DNA from: an uncultured Candidatus Rokubacteria bacterium
GTDB taxonomy: Bacteria > Methylomirabilota > Methylomirabilia > Rokubacteriales > DASRDR01
Reading direction: 5' to 3'
DNA length: 64,000 nt
Assembly: GCA_963805625.1 (NCBI GenBank)
Contig: CAWDVE010000017.1
Coordinates: forward strand, 288,001-352,000
This document shows positions 8,858 through 18,941 of this stretch, piece after piece. Position 1 is the first letter of the stretch, and the number at the start of each line of letters is the position of its first letter. The notes beneath the pieces are model-generated. The model saw only the letters and a program-made list of their open reading frames with translations, made no database searches and was not told where the DNA came from. Position numbers and translations under genes: made by a program.

Positions 8858-10206
8858 GGCCAGGTGCCACACCATCTCGGTCGGAGAAGAGACGACTCGA
8901 GGGAAGGTGCCACCGCATCTCGGTCACTCGTGGAAGGGCTTGTGGGGAAAGACATAGGGCGCCTCACGCAAGAGAGGCTGCTGATCCGGCGCTCGACGCC
9001 GCAGGGCGTAGAAGCGGAGCATCCCGGCGGTGAGATCCAGCTCGCATCGCACCAGGCGGTGGGGCCAATGGGGCGCGACCTCCAGGGTGCGATTGAGCAG
9101 GCGCACCGTCCCCGCGTCCGAAGTGCGTCGCAGGAACAAGACCTCACCCTGCAGGCGGGCTTGCAGATCGGCCTGCCAGGCGACGGGGAACGGGCGGCGC
9201 GGCGGGGCGGCCTCGATCCGCGCGGCCGCCCGCTGATGGTAGGCGCGGATGTACCGGTCGGAGCGCTCCTGCAGGGCGGCCAGCGATTCGTGATGGAATC
9301 GGGTCCAGACCTTGGCCTGCCAGCGGCCGTTGAAGTTCTCGATGGCGGCTTGGAAGCCACTTTCCTGGGGTGGGGCGAAGACCGGGCGGACGCCCAGGCG
9401 CAGGCACGTGCGGACGACGCGACCCAGCGCATCGGGCCAGCGGTGCGTCCCGGTGAAGATGCTGTCATTGTCAAATTGGGCGTATGCCGGCAGGCCCCAT
9501 GTGCGCCAGTGCGCGACGAGCGCCGCCACCGCGGTGCTCGCCGTCACGAGCGGCTGCGGCCAGGCCCCGGGCAATCCCCCATACAAGGACACGACGGTCA
9601 GGACCTCCAGCTGCAGCCCCCCGGTGAGCGCCAAGCCCTCTACAATGTCGAAGCTGTCGAGCTCCCCCCGTCCCGGGGTGCCCGGGAGGTACCAGCCGGG
9701 GCGGGGCGGGGGCCGACGCAGCCGGCGAACACGATCCAGGACCCCCCGGCGGTACAGAATCCGGCCGATGGTGCGCACGGACGGCACGGCCGTCGCCGGC
9801 CGACGCGCCGCGAAGGCGCGGTGGATGGCCCGGGCGCCATACTCGCCCAGATCGCTGGTCGTCCTCAGGTCGTGCCGCAAGGTCATCACCAGCTGCTCCA
9901 CCGCCTCGGGGATCCGGTGGATGCGCTTGGCCACCCGTGGCTGATCGCTCCAGTCCACGTCGTCCAGGGCCTGCGCCCCGGCCCGGCGGTGCCACCACTG
10001 CACCGTGGACAGGCTCACTCCATGGGCGCGCGCCACCGCCCGCATAGAGGCCCCGGCCCGGACCTTCGCCACCAGCGTTCGCCGCGTCGCCTCTCGTCGC
10101 CGCCCCTTTTCGCCATGGCTCCCCCTCGCTCACAGGCTTTACTCCAGTATCACCGTGACCGAGATGCGCTGGCACCTAACCGACCGAGATGGTGTGGCAC
10201 CTGGCC
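8858..10206 (-). mobile_element. IS481-like element
   Basis: Perfect 27-bp IR GGCCAGGTGCCACACCATCTCGGTCGG (8858-8884 / 10180-10206), internal second binding motif at each end, 7-bp TSD GGTGATT (8851-8857 / 10207-10213). Confidence 0.88.
8924..10072 (-). CDS. rve/DDE transposase (IS481-like)
   Basis: HTH (MRAVARAHGVSLSTVQWW), QFDNDSIF, AAIENFNGRW. The RBS-bearing ATG at 10116 is out of frame by 1 nt. Confidence 0.8.
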   Translation of the reverse strand: MAKVRAGASMRAVARAHGVSLSTVQWWHRRAGAQALDDVDWSDQPRVAKRIHRIPEAVEQLVMTLRHDLRTTSDLGEYGARAIHRAFAARRPATAVPSVRTIGRILYRRGVLDRVRRLRRPPPRPGWYLPGTPGRGELDSFDIVEGLALTGGLQLEVLTVVSLYGGLPGAWPQPLVTASTAVAALVAHWRTWGLPAYAQFDNDSIFTGTHRWPDALGRVVRTCLRLGVRPVFAPPQESGFQAAIENFNGRWQAKVWTRFHHESLAALQERSDRYIRAYHQRAAARIEAAPPRRPFPVAWQADLQARLQGEVLFLRRTSDAGTVRLLNRTLEVAPHWPHRLVRCELDLTAGMLRFYALRRRAPDQQPLLREAPYVFPHKPFHE

Positions 10207-10261
10207 GGTGATTCGGTGACGATCCTTGGGGTCCTGGGCTGACCCGCTAGGAGGCAACGGC

Positions 10262-10623
10262 GTGGCACACGAGGAGATCCGTTCTCGCTGGCGACCCGGA
10301 CAACCGGGGGCACCCTGGTGCACATCTCTGGGCAGGTCGCTCGGGGTGCGGATGGGCACACGGTCGGCCAGGGAGACATCGAGCGGCAGACCACCCAGGT
10401 TCTTGAGAATATCAAGGCGCTCGTGGAGGCAGCTGGGGGGACCCTCGCTCACGTGGCGCGGATTGTCGTGTACCTCACGAGCCGGAATCACCTTCCAACC
10501 GTCCTGAACGTACGCCGCCGGTACTTCCAGGAGCCGTACCCCGCCTCGACGGCGGTGGTCGTCGTGGGGTTGGCGGACCCGGAGTGGCTCGTCGAGATCG
10601 AGGCTACCGCCGTCCTGCCGTGA
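10262..10623 (+). pseudogene. RidA/YjgF family protein, 5' end apparently frameshifted or partly deleted
   Basis: HISGQV...GDIERQT..VLENI...YPASTAV...LVEIEATA. The AGGAGG+GTG start at 10262 is out of frame with the body (10318-10623). Confidence 0.75.
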
Positions 10624-10769
10624 ACACCGCATCGCGGCGCTGACCACTATGCCGATCCAGCGACTCCCGGGCCCGCCCCACGCGGTGACGCCCACGGCGA
10701 GGAACCAGGTGCTCTACTCGTCGAGCTAGTGGCCTACGGCGGACGACGGCCTGGCTAACCGAACGATGG

Positions 10770-11171
10770 ATGAGGCCAGCGCTCGGTGTCCTACTCGCTA
10801 TGCTCGGTGGCGCGGTGAAGACATCCGGGCCGCTCTCTTTCGGCGCGACAGCAATCTCCATTGCCCCGCTCGCAGCAGTCGGCGTCATCCTCGTCTACGG
10901 AGCCACCGCCATAGCCAGATGGTCCGATAGGAGCCTGATATTTGGTATCGTGGGCGTGGCTAGCGGCGCTCCTCTCGTCCTCCTCGGCCTCATCTTGAAG
11001 TTCGGGATTCCAGACAGCCCATCGGACGTGGCGGAGGCGGCGCGCCCGTTCCTGAGCGCCGGCGGTGTCCTCCTCGTAGTCGGAGCTGTGCTCATTGACG
11101 ACCTCGAGCCCGCATCCATCCGCAATCCCCGCGCAACCGCCGAGCCTGCCACCAGCCCGGCCGGTCGATAA
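10770..11171 (+). CDS. Hypothetical membrane protein
   Basis: 133-aa ORF with several hydrophobic segments; no recognisable motif. Confidence 0.4.
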   Translation: MRPALGVLLAMLGGAVKTSGPLSFGATAISIAPLAAVGVILVYGATAIARWSDRSLIFGIVGVASGAPLVLLGLILKFGIPDSPSDVAEAARPFLSAGGVLLVVGAVLIDDLEPASIRNPRATAEPATSPAGR

Positions 11172-11215
11172 ATCTAACTTAACTTAGGCCTTCGGAGAGC
11201 CCGGGGCGATTCCAC

Positions 11216-11244
11216 GGGACAAGCCCAACGGCGGGCGGTAGGCT
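11216..11244 (+). promoter_or_regulatory. Putative promoter of prmA (leaderless transcript)
   Basis: GGGACA-17 nt-TAGGCT, then GTG start 6 nt later with no SD. Confidence 0.5.
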
Positions 11245-11250
11245 ACGGGC

Positions 11251-12171
11251 GTGCTGCCGAAGCCCGCCGACCCGGCGGCCGCCGCCTACTGGGATCTGAC
11301 CGTGACCCTGGGGACCGATGCTGTCGACACGGCCGAGGCCGTCACGAACCGCCTGTGGGAGCTGGGCGCCGTCGGCGTCGTCGAGGAGGTCACCCCGGGC
11401 GCGGCCGCGCTCCGCGCCTTCTTTCCGCCCGGCACCGATGCAGCGTCGCTCGCGAAGGACCTTGGCCACTACCTCGGCGATCTCGCGCCGCTCGCGCTGC
11501 CGGGTGCGGAGGCGAGCGTGCGGATCGCGCCCCTTCCCGACGAGCCGTGGGCCGATGCCTGGCGCGCTCACTTCCGGCCGGTCCCGGTGGGGCGGGGACT
11601 GCTCGTGTGCCCGCCGTGGGAGGTGCCGTGGCCGACGCTCGCGCAGGGCCGGCTGGTGGTGCTGATCGAGCCCGGGCGCGCCTTTGGCACCGGCGGCCAC
11701 GGGTCGACCAGGAGCTGCCTCGAGCTCCTCGAGCGGGCGCTCGCCGGTGGGGAGGTGTCCCACGCCCTCGACGTCGGGTGCGGGTCGGGCATCCTCGCGA
11801 TCGCCGCGGCCGCCCTCGGCATCCTGCGGGTGGACGCGATCGACCTGGACCCCGACGCGGTGGCCGCGACGGTGGAGAACGCCCGGCGCAACGCCGTGGC
11901 GGACCGGGTGCGCCCGGCGGTGGCGGGCGTCGACGGCTGGGCCGGCCCCGCGGCGCCGCTCGTCCTCGCGAATCTCCTCGCGTCCGCCCACGTCACGCTC
12001 GCGCCCACGCTTACGGCGCTGGTCGTGCCGGGCGGGAGCCTGATCGCAGGCGGGCTCCTGGCCCACGAGGTGCCGGCAGTGGCGGGCGTCTTCGCGGCGG
12101 AGGGCTGCTGGCTCGTCGAGCTCGCCGAGGACGACGGATGGGCCGCGCTCCTCCTGCGCCGAGGGAGATGA
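11251..12171 (+). CDS. prmA: Ribosomal protein L11 methyltransferase
   Basis: IEPGRAFGTGGHGST, LDVGCGSGILAIAA, adjacent to rsmE. Confidence 0.92.
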   Translation: MLPKPADPAAAAYWDLTVTLGTDAVDTAEAVTNRLWELGAVGVVEEVTPGAAALRAFFPPGTDAASLAKDLGHYLGDLAPLALPGAEASVRIAPLPDEPWADAWRAHFRPVPVGRGLLVCPPWEVPWPTLAQGRLVVLIEPGRAFGTGGHGSTRSCLELLERALAGGEVSHALDVGCGSGILAIAAAALGILRVDAIDLDPDAVAATVENARRNAVADRVRPAVAGVDGWAGPAAPLVLANLLASAHVTLAPTLTALVVPGGSLIAGGLLAHEVPAVAGVFAAEGCWLVELAEDDGWAALLLRRGR

Positions 12172-12203
12172 GGGCGCATGCCGCACCTCGTCCCGCCGGG
12201 TGA

Positions 12204-12986
12204 GTGAACGTGCCCCGGGTATTCGTCCGCCCTGAGGCCGTCGGCGCGGACCGCGTCCGGTTCGACGCCGACGAGGCTCATCACCTTCGCCGCGTGCTGA
12301 GGCTCCGGCCCGGCGCCATCGTCGATGCGACCGACGGGACTGGCCGTCTCTACACGGTCCGGCTCGTGGCTCTTGAGGCCGAGGGCGGGTGGGGGGCCAT
12401 CGAGGCACGCGCCGAGCCGGAGCGGGAGTCGCCGTGCGCGATCACCCTCGCTCAGGCGATCCTGAAGGGGGACCGCATGAGCTGGCTCGTCCAGAAGGCC
12501 ACGGAGCTCGGCGTGTCGCGGATCGTGCCCATGGAGACCGCGCGCGTCGTGGCCCGCCGCGCCGCGGGGGGGGCGGCTCGCCACGCCCGTTGGGAGCGGA
12601 TCGCCCGCGAGGCCGTCAAGCAGTGCGGGCGGGTCGTCGTGCCGGTGATCGACCGGCCGCGAGCGTTCGGGGAGGTGGCGGGTGAGATTGCGGGGCACGA
12701 CGCCGCGTGGGTCTTCTGGGAGGGCGGCGGCCAGGCGCTCGCCGCGACGGCTGCGGAGGCAGGCTCGCCAGCCCGTCTATTGCTCCTGGTCGGCCCGGAG
12801 GGGGGCTTCACGTTCGAGGAGGTCGGCGTGGCCGAAGTGGCGGGGGCGCACCTCGTGAGCCTCGGCCCGCGGATCCTCCGCGCCGAGTCGGCGGGGCTCG
12901 CGGCGGTTGCCCTCTGCCAGTTCCTCTTCGGGGACCTGGGAGGACGGCGGCACGGGTCCGGGCGGAGAGGGGAGGGTCAGCCGTGA
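12204..12986 (+). CDS. rsmE: 16S rRNA m3U1498 methyltransferase
   Basis: HHLRRVLRL, QKATELGV, VGPEGGFT, LGPRILRAES. Confidence 0.95.
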   Translation: MNVPRVFVRPEAVGADRVRFDADEAHHLRRVLRLRPGAIVDATDGTGRLYTVRLVALEAEGGWGAIEARAEPERESPCAITLAQAILKGDRMSWLVQKATELGVSRIVPMETARVVARRAAGGAARHARWERIAREAVKQCGRVVVPVIDRPRAFGEVAGEIAGHDAAWVFWEGGGQALAATAAEAGSPARLLLLVGPEGGFTFEEVGVAEVAGAHLVSLGPRILRAESAGLAAVALCQFLFGDLGGRRHGSGRRGEGQP

Positions 12987-13405
12987 CGCCCGAGGGCTAC
13001 GAGTACTTCGATGTGGCGGCGGAGGTCGGCGTTGCGGCCTGGGGGGAGGATCTTCCAGGGTGCCTCCGGCAGTGCGCCCTCGGGGTCTTCAACCTGATCG
13101 TGCCGACCGCCGCAGTCCAGCCGCTCGAGGGCCGCGAGGTGGCGGCACGCGGGGTGTCCGTCGAAGCGCTTCTCGTGAACTGGTTGAACGAATGCCTCTA
13201 CGTTCACGATCTCGAGGGCTTCGTCGTCTCCGACGTGGTCCGGCCCGAGATCACGCCGACTGGGGTGCACGCTCTCCTTCGCGGCGAGCCCGTCGATCCA
13301 TCACGGCACCCTCGAGGCACGGTCGTGAAGGCGGCCACGTCTCATGGTCTCGAGGTTTGCGAAACGCCAGGTCGGGTGAGTGCCCGTGTCTTACTCAACA
13401 TATGA
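12983..13405 (+). CDS. Archease family protein
   Basis: GTGA overlap with rsmE; YEYFDVAAEVG, LLVNWLNECLY, VKAATSH. Confidence 0.8.
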   Translation: MTPEGYEYFDVAAEVGVAAWGEDLPGCLRQCALGVFNLIVPTAAVQPLEGREVAARGVSVEALLVNWLNECLYVHDLEGFVVSDVVRPEITPTGVHALLRGEPVDPSRHPRGTVVKAATSHGLEVCETPGRVSARVLLNI

Positions 13406-13555
13406 TGGTCATATTACGTGTGAGAAACATCGGGGTGTTGTGCCATGCTGTCACGATGCAACGATCCAGAACTTGGCCCGAGTCCAGTGGCGACGTCCCG
13501 ACATCGATAGATCGAGATTTCGGATAGTTACGGCTTGGCAAAGAGCCAAGATCGA

Positions 13556-13572
13556 TTGGCATTCGGCTTGCT
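13556..13572 (+). promoter_or_regulatory. Sigma54 (-24/-12) promoter upstream of lpxC
   Basis: TTGGCATTCGGCTTGCT matches TGGCAC-N5-TTGCW with exact GG-N10-GC spacing, 38 nt before the lpxC ATG. Confidence 0.7.
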
Positions 13573-13610
13573 TCCCTCCCCCGCCCGGGACTATGGAGGG
13601 TCCCCGATCA

Positions 13611-14531
13611 ATGGAACTTCAGCACTCGATCCGGAAGCCGGTGACGTGCGAAGGAGTGGGCTTGCACACCGGCGTGCCGGTGACGATGGCGCTCCTGCCC
13701 GCTCCCCCGGATCACGGTGTTGTCTTCATCGTCGGCCCCGAGCGCGTTCGCGTCCCGGTCTGCCCCGAGTCGCTCCTCAATGGTCACTACGCGACGACGA
13801 TCGGCGCCGAGGGGATCCAGATCCAGACAGTCGAGCACCTCCTGGCGGCGGTCCGCGGGCTCGGGATCGACAACCTTCTGATCGAGCTGGACGGGCCCGA
13901 ACTACCCGCGATGGACGGGAGCTCGGCGCCATTCGTGTCGCTCCTCTACATGGCGGGGCGCGAGGCCCAGGTCGCCGTACGGCGCGCGCCGCTTCGGGTG
14001 ATCGAGGCGATCCGGGTCGGTGACGAGCATCGCTGGCTGCAGATCTTGCCGGCGGCCGAGTTCCGCGTCAGCTACACGCTTGATCACGAGCACCCCGCCG
14101 TGGGGGTGCAGGTGGCGTCGTTCGTGCCGACCGAGCGGATCTTCGTCGAGGAGCTCGCGCCCGCGCGGACGTACGGCTTCCTGAAGGATCTCGAGCTGCT
14201 GCGGCAGCAGGGGCTCGCACTCGGCGGCTCCCTGGCCAACGCCGTCGTGGTGGGGCAGGAGCGGATCCTGAACGGTGCCCTGCGGTTCCAGGACGAGTTC
14301 GTGCGCCACAAGATCCTCGACGTGGTCGGGGACCTGACGCTGGTCGGCCGCCCGGTGCTAGGCCACGTCGTGGCGCGAAATGCCGGGCACGCGCTGAACC
14401 ACGTCCTGGTGCGGGAGCTCGTGAAGACTGCGCGACGATGGGAAGATGCGGCGTCGCCCCGTACCCCGCTCCGCGTCGAGGCGCCCTGGGAAGGGGCGAC
14501 CCGGCGACGCTCCCGCGTCGCCGCCCACTGA
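13611..14531 (+). CDS. lpxC: UDP-3-O-acyl-N-acetylglucosamine deacetylase
   Basis: GVGLHTG, TVEHLLAA, MDGSS, ARTYGF, RHKILD, GHALN; ATG 13611 with GGAGG upstream. Confidence 0.95.
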   Translation: MELQHSIRKPVTCEGVGLHTGVPVTMALLPAPPDHGVVFIVGPERVRVPVCPESLLNGHYATTIGAEGIQIQTVEHLLAAVRGLGIDNLLIELDGPELPAMDGSSAPFVSLLYMAGREAQVAVRRAPLRVIEAIRVGDEHRWLQILPAAEFRVSYTLDHEHPAVGVQVASFVPTERIFVEELAPARTYGFLKDLELLRQQGLALGGSLANAVVVGQERILNGALRFQDEFVRHKILDVVGDLTLVGRPVLGHVVARNAGHALNHVLVRELVKTARRWEDAASPRTPLRVEAPWEGATRRRSRVAAH

Positions 14532-14619
14532 AGGGGCGCTCTCCCCGGCCCGCTCGTCCTCCTCGCCGCCGCGCCCGCGGTGGAGTCCTCTCCGGAGCCA
14601 GGGGCTATAATGCTCTGCT

Positions 14620-15210
14620 ATGTCCAGGCGGCGCTGGCCGACCGGGATCCTGGCGGTCGCGCTGGGTCTCCTACTCGTGGCGGGAGCGGCATCGGGCGCC
14701 GTCGCGCCCCTCCGGATCTCGAACTTGGTCGTCACGAATTCGGACAGCACGCTCCTGGTGACCCTGGTCCTGCTGGGCGCCATGCCCGACGGCATCGTCG
14801 AGGGACTGGGGACGGGGATCCCGGCGGCCGTGCGCTTCCAGGTCGAGCTCTGGCAGTACAACTCCTGGTGGGTGGATCGCCGGGTGGTGGCCAAGCTCGT
14901 GGAGCGCCAGGTCGTCTACGACGTCCTGACGAAGGAGTTTCGCGTCGCCGCTCTTCAGGGCGAGGAGCGCGAGCCCTACGTCACGCGTGACGTCTGGGAG
15001 GCCGAGCGGGTGCTGTCGGAGCTCCGTGGCTTCAAGCTGACGCAGATGACGCATCTCAACCTGGACGAGCTCTACTACGTGCGAGTGCGGGCCGAGGTCC
15101 GGTCCGGCGCGCCGGACTCCTCCGTCTCCAGGATCCTGCCCTTCGTGTCCTCTCGGGCGGAGACGCCCTGGGAGCAGACGCCGCTCCTCACGCTCCGGCG
15201 GGCCCGATGA
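14620..15210 (+). CDS. DUF4390 family periplasmic protein
   Basis: Signal peptide, W/Y pattern (YDVLTKEF), conserved position upstream of ntrY. Confidence 0.75.
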   Translation: MSRRRWPTGILAVALGLLLVAGAASGAVAPLRISNLVVTNSDSTLLVTLVLLGAMPDGIVEGLGTGIPAAVRFQVELWQYNSWWVDRRVVAKLVERQVVYDVLTKEFRVAALQGEEREPYVTRDVWEAERVLSELRGFKLTQMTHLNLDELYYVRVRAEVRSGAPDSSVSRILPFVSSRAETPWEQTPLLTLRRAR

Positions 15211-17534
15211 GCACGACAGGGCCGGCGCCGGGCGGAGGGCCGATGGCCCCGCAGGTCCCGCCGATCCCGGCGCCGGCTGTTCGGCCGCCCGACGACCGGG
15301 AGAAGCGGAAGCGCAACCTCGTCATCATCGTCGCCGTGCTCTTCGTGCTCGTGGTGGCCACGGCGGTGGAGGTCGGGGTCCGGCTCCCGGACATCCCGGT
15401 CGCGTCTAACGTCGTCGTCATCGCGCTGTTCAACCTGAACCTGATCGTCTTCCTGCTGCTCCTGATCCTTCTGTTCCGCAACCTCGCCAAGCTCTGGTTC
15501 GAGCGCCGCAACAAGGTCCTGGGCTCTCGATTCAAGACCAAGCTGGTCGCCGCCTTTCTGTCGCTGGCACTGGCCCCCGCTATCCTGATCTTCCTGATCG
15601 CGTCCAACCTCATCAACACGTCGATCGAGGGGTGGTTCAAGATCCAGGTCGAGCGCCCGCTCGACGAGTCGATGCGGGTGGCCCAGACGTTCTACGAGCG
15701 CGTCCAGGACGAGGCGGTCCGGCACGGGCAGTACGTCGCGCGGACGCTGACCCGCGACGGGCTCCTCCCCGACGACCGGCGCGAGGATCTGATCGAGTTC
15801 CTCCAGGAGCAGGCCGAGCAGTACGGGCTGGCCGGTATCGCGCTCTACGGCCCGGGCGGCCACGAGATCGTCCACGTGAACGATCCGGTGCTGGTGCCCT
15901 CCCTGGAGACGGTCGTCAACTCGGAGCAGGTCCGCATGGCTCTCGCCGGACGAGAACTCTCCACGCGGCGCGAGATCTCGACCGGCGACCTCATCCAGGG
16001 AATGGTGCCCGTGCTGGCGCCCGGCGACCCGCCGCAAGTGGTCGGCGCGGCCGTGGTGGCGATCCACGTGCCCCAGCGGCTCGAAGCGCAGGTGCGGGGG
16101 ATCGCCCAGGCGTTCCAGGAGTACAAGCAGCTCAAACTCCTCCGGCAGCCGATCAAGGGCATCTACATCCTGCTGTTCCTCCTGATGACCCTCGTCATCG
16201 TGTTCTCCGTCACCTGGTTCGGGCTCTACCTCGCCCGCGGCATCACGGTGCCGATCCAGCTGCTCGCCCAGGGGACGCGCGAGGTCGCGGCCGGCAACCT
16301 CGACTACCGCGTCACCGCCCAGGCGGACGACGAGGTCGGCATCCTGGTGGAGTCCTTCAACCAGATGACGCAGGACCTCAAGTCCTCGAAGGCCCAGCTC
16401 GAGCTGGCCTATGCCGACCTCCAGGCCAAGCACGCCGAGCTCACCGAGCGGCGCCAGTACACGGAGACGGTGCTCGAGGCCGTGGCGACGGGCGTGGTCT
16501 CGGCGGACGCGGAGGGGATCGTGACGACCGTGAACCGCGCCGCCAGCCGAATGCTCGGTCTGGCGCCGACCGCCGCGGTCGGCCGGCACTACACGGTCGC
16601 CTTCGGCGCCCCGGCGTACCTGGATCTCGTGACCCTCATGCAGCGGATGGAGCGCATCCGGGCCGGCACCGTCGAACGTGAGGTCCAGCTCCCGCTCGAC
16701 GGGAAGAGCCTTACACTGCTCGCGAGCCTCACCGCGCTCGGAGGTCCGGAGGGCGAGCACCTCGGCATCGTGCTGGTCTTTGACGACCTGACGGAGCTGC
16801 TCGACGCCCAACGGCTCGCCGCCTGGCGGGAGGTTGCCCAGCGGATCGCGCACGAGATCAAGAACCCGCTCACGCCGATCCAGCTGTCCGCGCAGCGGCT
16901 GCGACGGCGGCTGGCGGGCCGGCTCCCCGACGACGGGGGCCTGCTCGAGGAGTGCACCGCGACGATCATCGGGGAGGTGGAGGGGCTGCGGCGCCTGGTC
17001 GACGAGTTCTCGCGATTCGCGCGCATGCCGAGCTTCACGCCGAGATCGACGGACCTCCACCGGTTGCTCGAGAGCGTGCTGGGGCTCTACGGCGAGACGC
17101 ATCCAACGGTCCTCCTCCGCGCCGATTTCGCCGCGGAGCTTCCGACCCTCGACGCCGACGTCGACCAGCTCAAGCGGGCCATCCTAAACCTCGTCGACAA
17201 CGCCGTCGAGGCGGGCGCGATGGAGGTCGCGATCGGGACGCGCTGGAGCGGGGAGGGGCACGTCGAGGTCACGATCGCCGACAACGGCCCCGGGATTCCC
17301 GCTGATCTGCGCGATCGCGTGTTCCTGCCGTACTTCTCGACGAAGACGACGGGGATGGGGCTCGGCCTGCCCATCGTGCACCAGATCGTGTCCGACCACG
17401 GCGGGCGCATCCGGGTCGAGGACAACCCGCCGCGGGGGACCCGCTTCACGATCGAGCTGCCCGTGCTGCGCGGGAGCGCCCCGGCGATCGCGGCGTCCAC
17501 CATGGACGTGGCACGGCAGTCAGGCTCGGCCTAG
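15207..17534 (+). CDS. ntrY: NtrY-like HAMP/PAS sensor histidine kinase
   Basis: TM helices, HAMP, PAS, AWREVAQRIAHEIKNPLTPIQLSAQRL, G-boxes. Confidence 0.9.
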   Translation: MSTTGPAPGGGPMAPQVPPIPAPAVRPPDDREKRKRNLVIIVAVLFVLVVATAVEVGVRLPDIPVASNVVVIALFNLNLIVFLLLLILLFRNLAKLWFERRNKVLGSRFKTKLVAAFLSLALAPAILIFLIASNLINTSIEGWFKIQVERPLDESMRVAQTFYERVQDEAVRHGQYVARTLTRDGLLPDDRREDLIEFLQEQAEQYGLAGIALYGPGGHEIVHVNDPVLVPSLETVVNSEQVRMALAGRELSTRREISTGDLIQGMVPVLAPGDPPQVVGAAVVAIHVPQRLEAQVRGIAQAFQEYKQLKLLRQPIKGIYILLFLLMTLVIVFSVTWFGLYLARGITVPIQLLAQGTREVAAGNLDYRVTAQADDEVGILVESFNQMTQDLKSSKAQLELAYADLQAKHAELTERRQYTETVLEAVATGVVSADAEGIVTTVNRAASRMLGLAPTAAVGRHYTVAFGAPAYLDLVTLMQRMERIRAGTVEREVQLPLDGKSLTLLASLTALGGPEGEHLGIVLVFDDLTELLDAQRLAAWREVAQRIAHEIKNPLTPIQLSAQRLRRRLAGRLPDDGGLLEECTATIIGEVEGLRRLVDEFSRFARMPSFTPRSTDLHRLLESVLGLYGETHPTVLLRADFAAELPTLDADVDQLKRAILNLVDNAVEAGAMEVAIGTRWSGEGHVEVTIADNGPGIPADLRDRVFLPYFSTKTTGMGLGLPIVHQIVSDHGGRIRVEDNPPRGTRFTIELPVLRGSAPAIAASTMDVARQSGSA

Positions 17535-17549
17535 GGGTCGGGGCGCGCC

Positions 17550-18933
<1,384 letters not shown>

Positions 18934-18941
<8 letters not shown>

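Larger units (their letters stand above)
6517..11217. mobile_element. Degenerate accessory island bounded by 17-bp direct repeats CCGGGGCGATTCCACGG (6517-6533, 11201-11217)
   Basis: Exact 17-bp repeats enclose the gene fragments and the IS between the CNG channel gene and prmA. No intact integrase is present. Confidence 0.6.

Noticed and set aside
8435-10219. 594-aa plus-strand ORF
   Set aside because: Chimera of an ABC-SBP relic reading through the antisense strand of the IS.
11161-11190. dif/xrs site or integron attC at CCGGTCGATAAATCTAACTTAACTTAGGC
   Set aside because: The XerD-like arm is poor and needs a 7-bp spacer. RYYYAAC is present but there is no paired GTTRRRY at attC distance. 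Kept only as an unexplained AT-rich tract.
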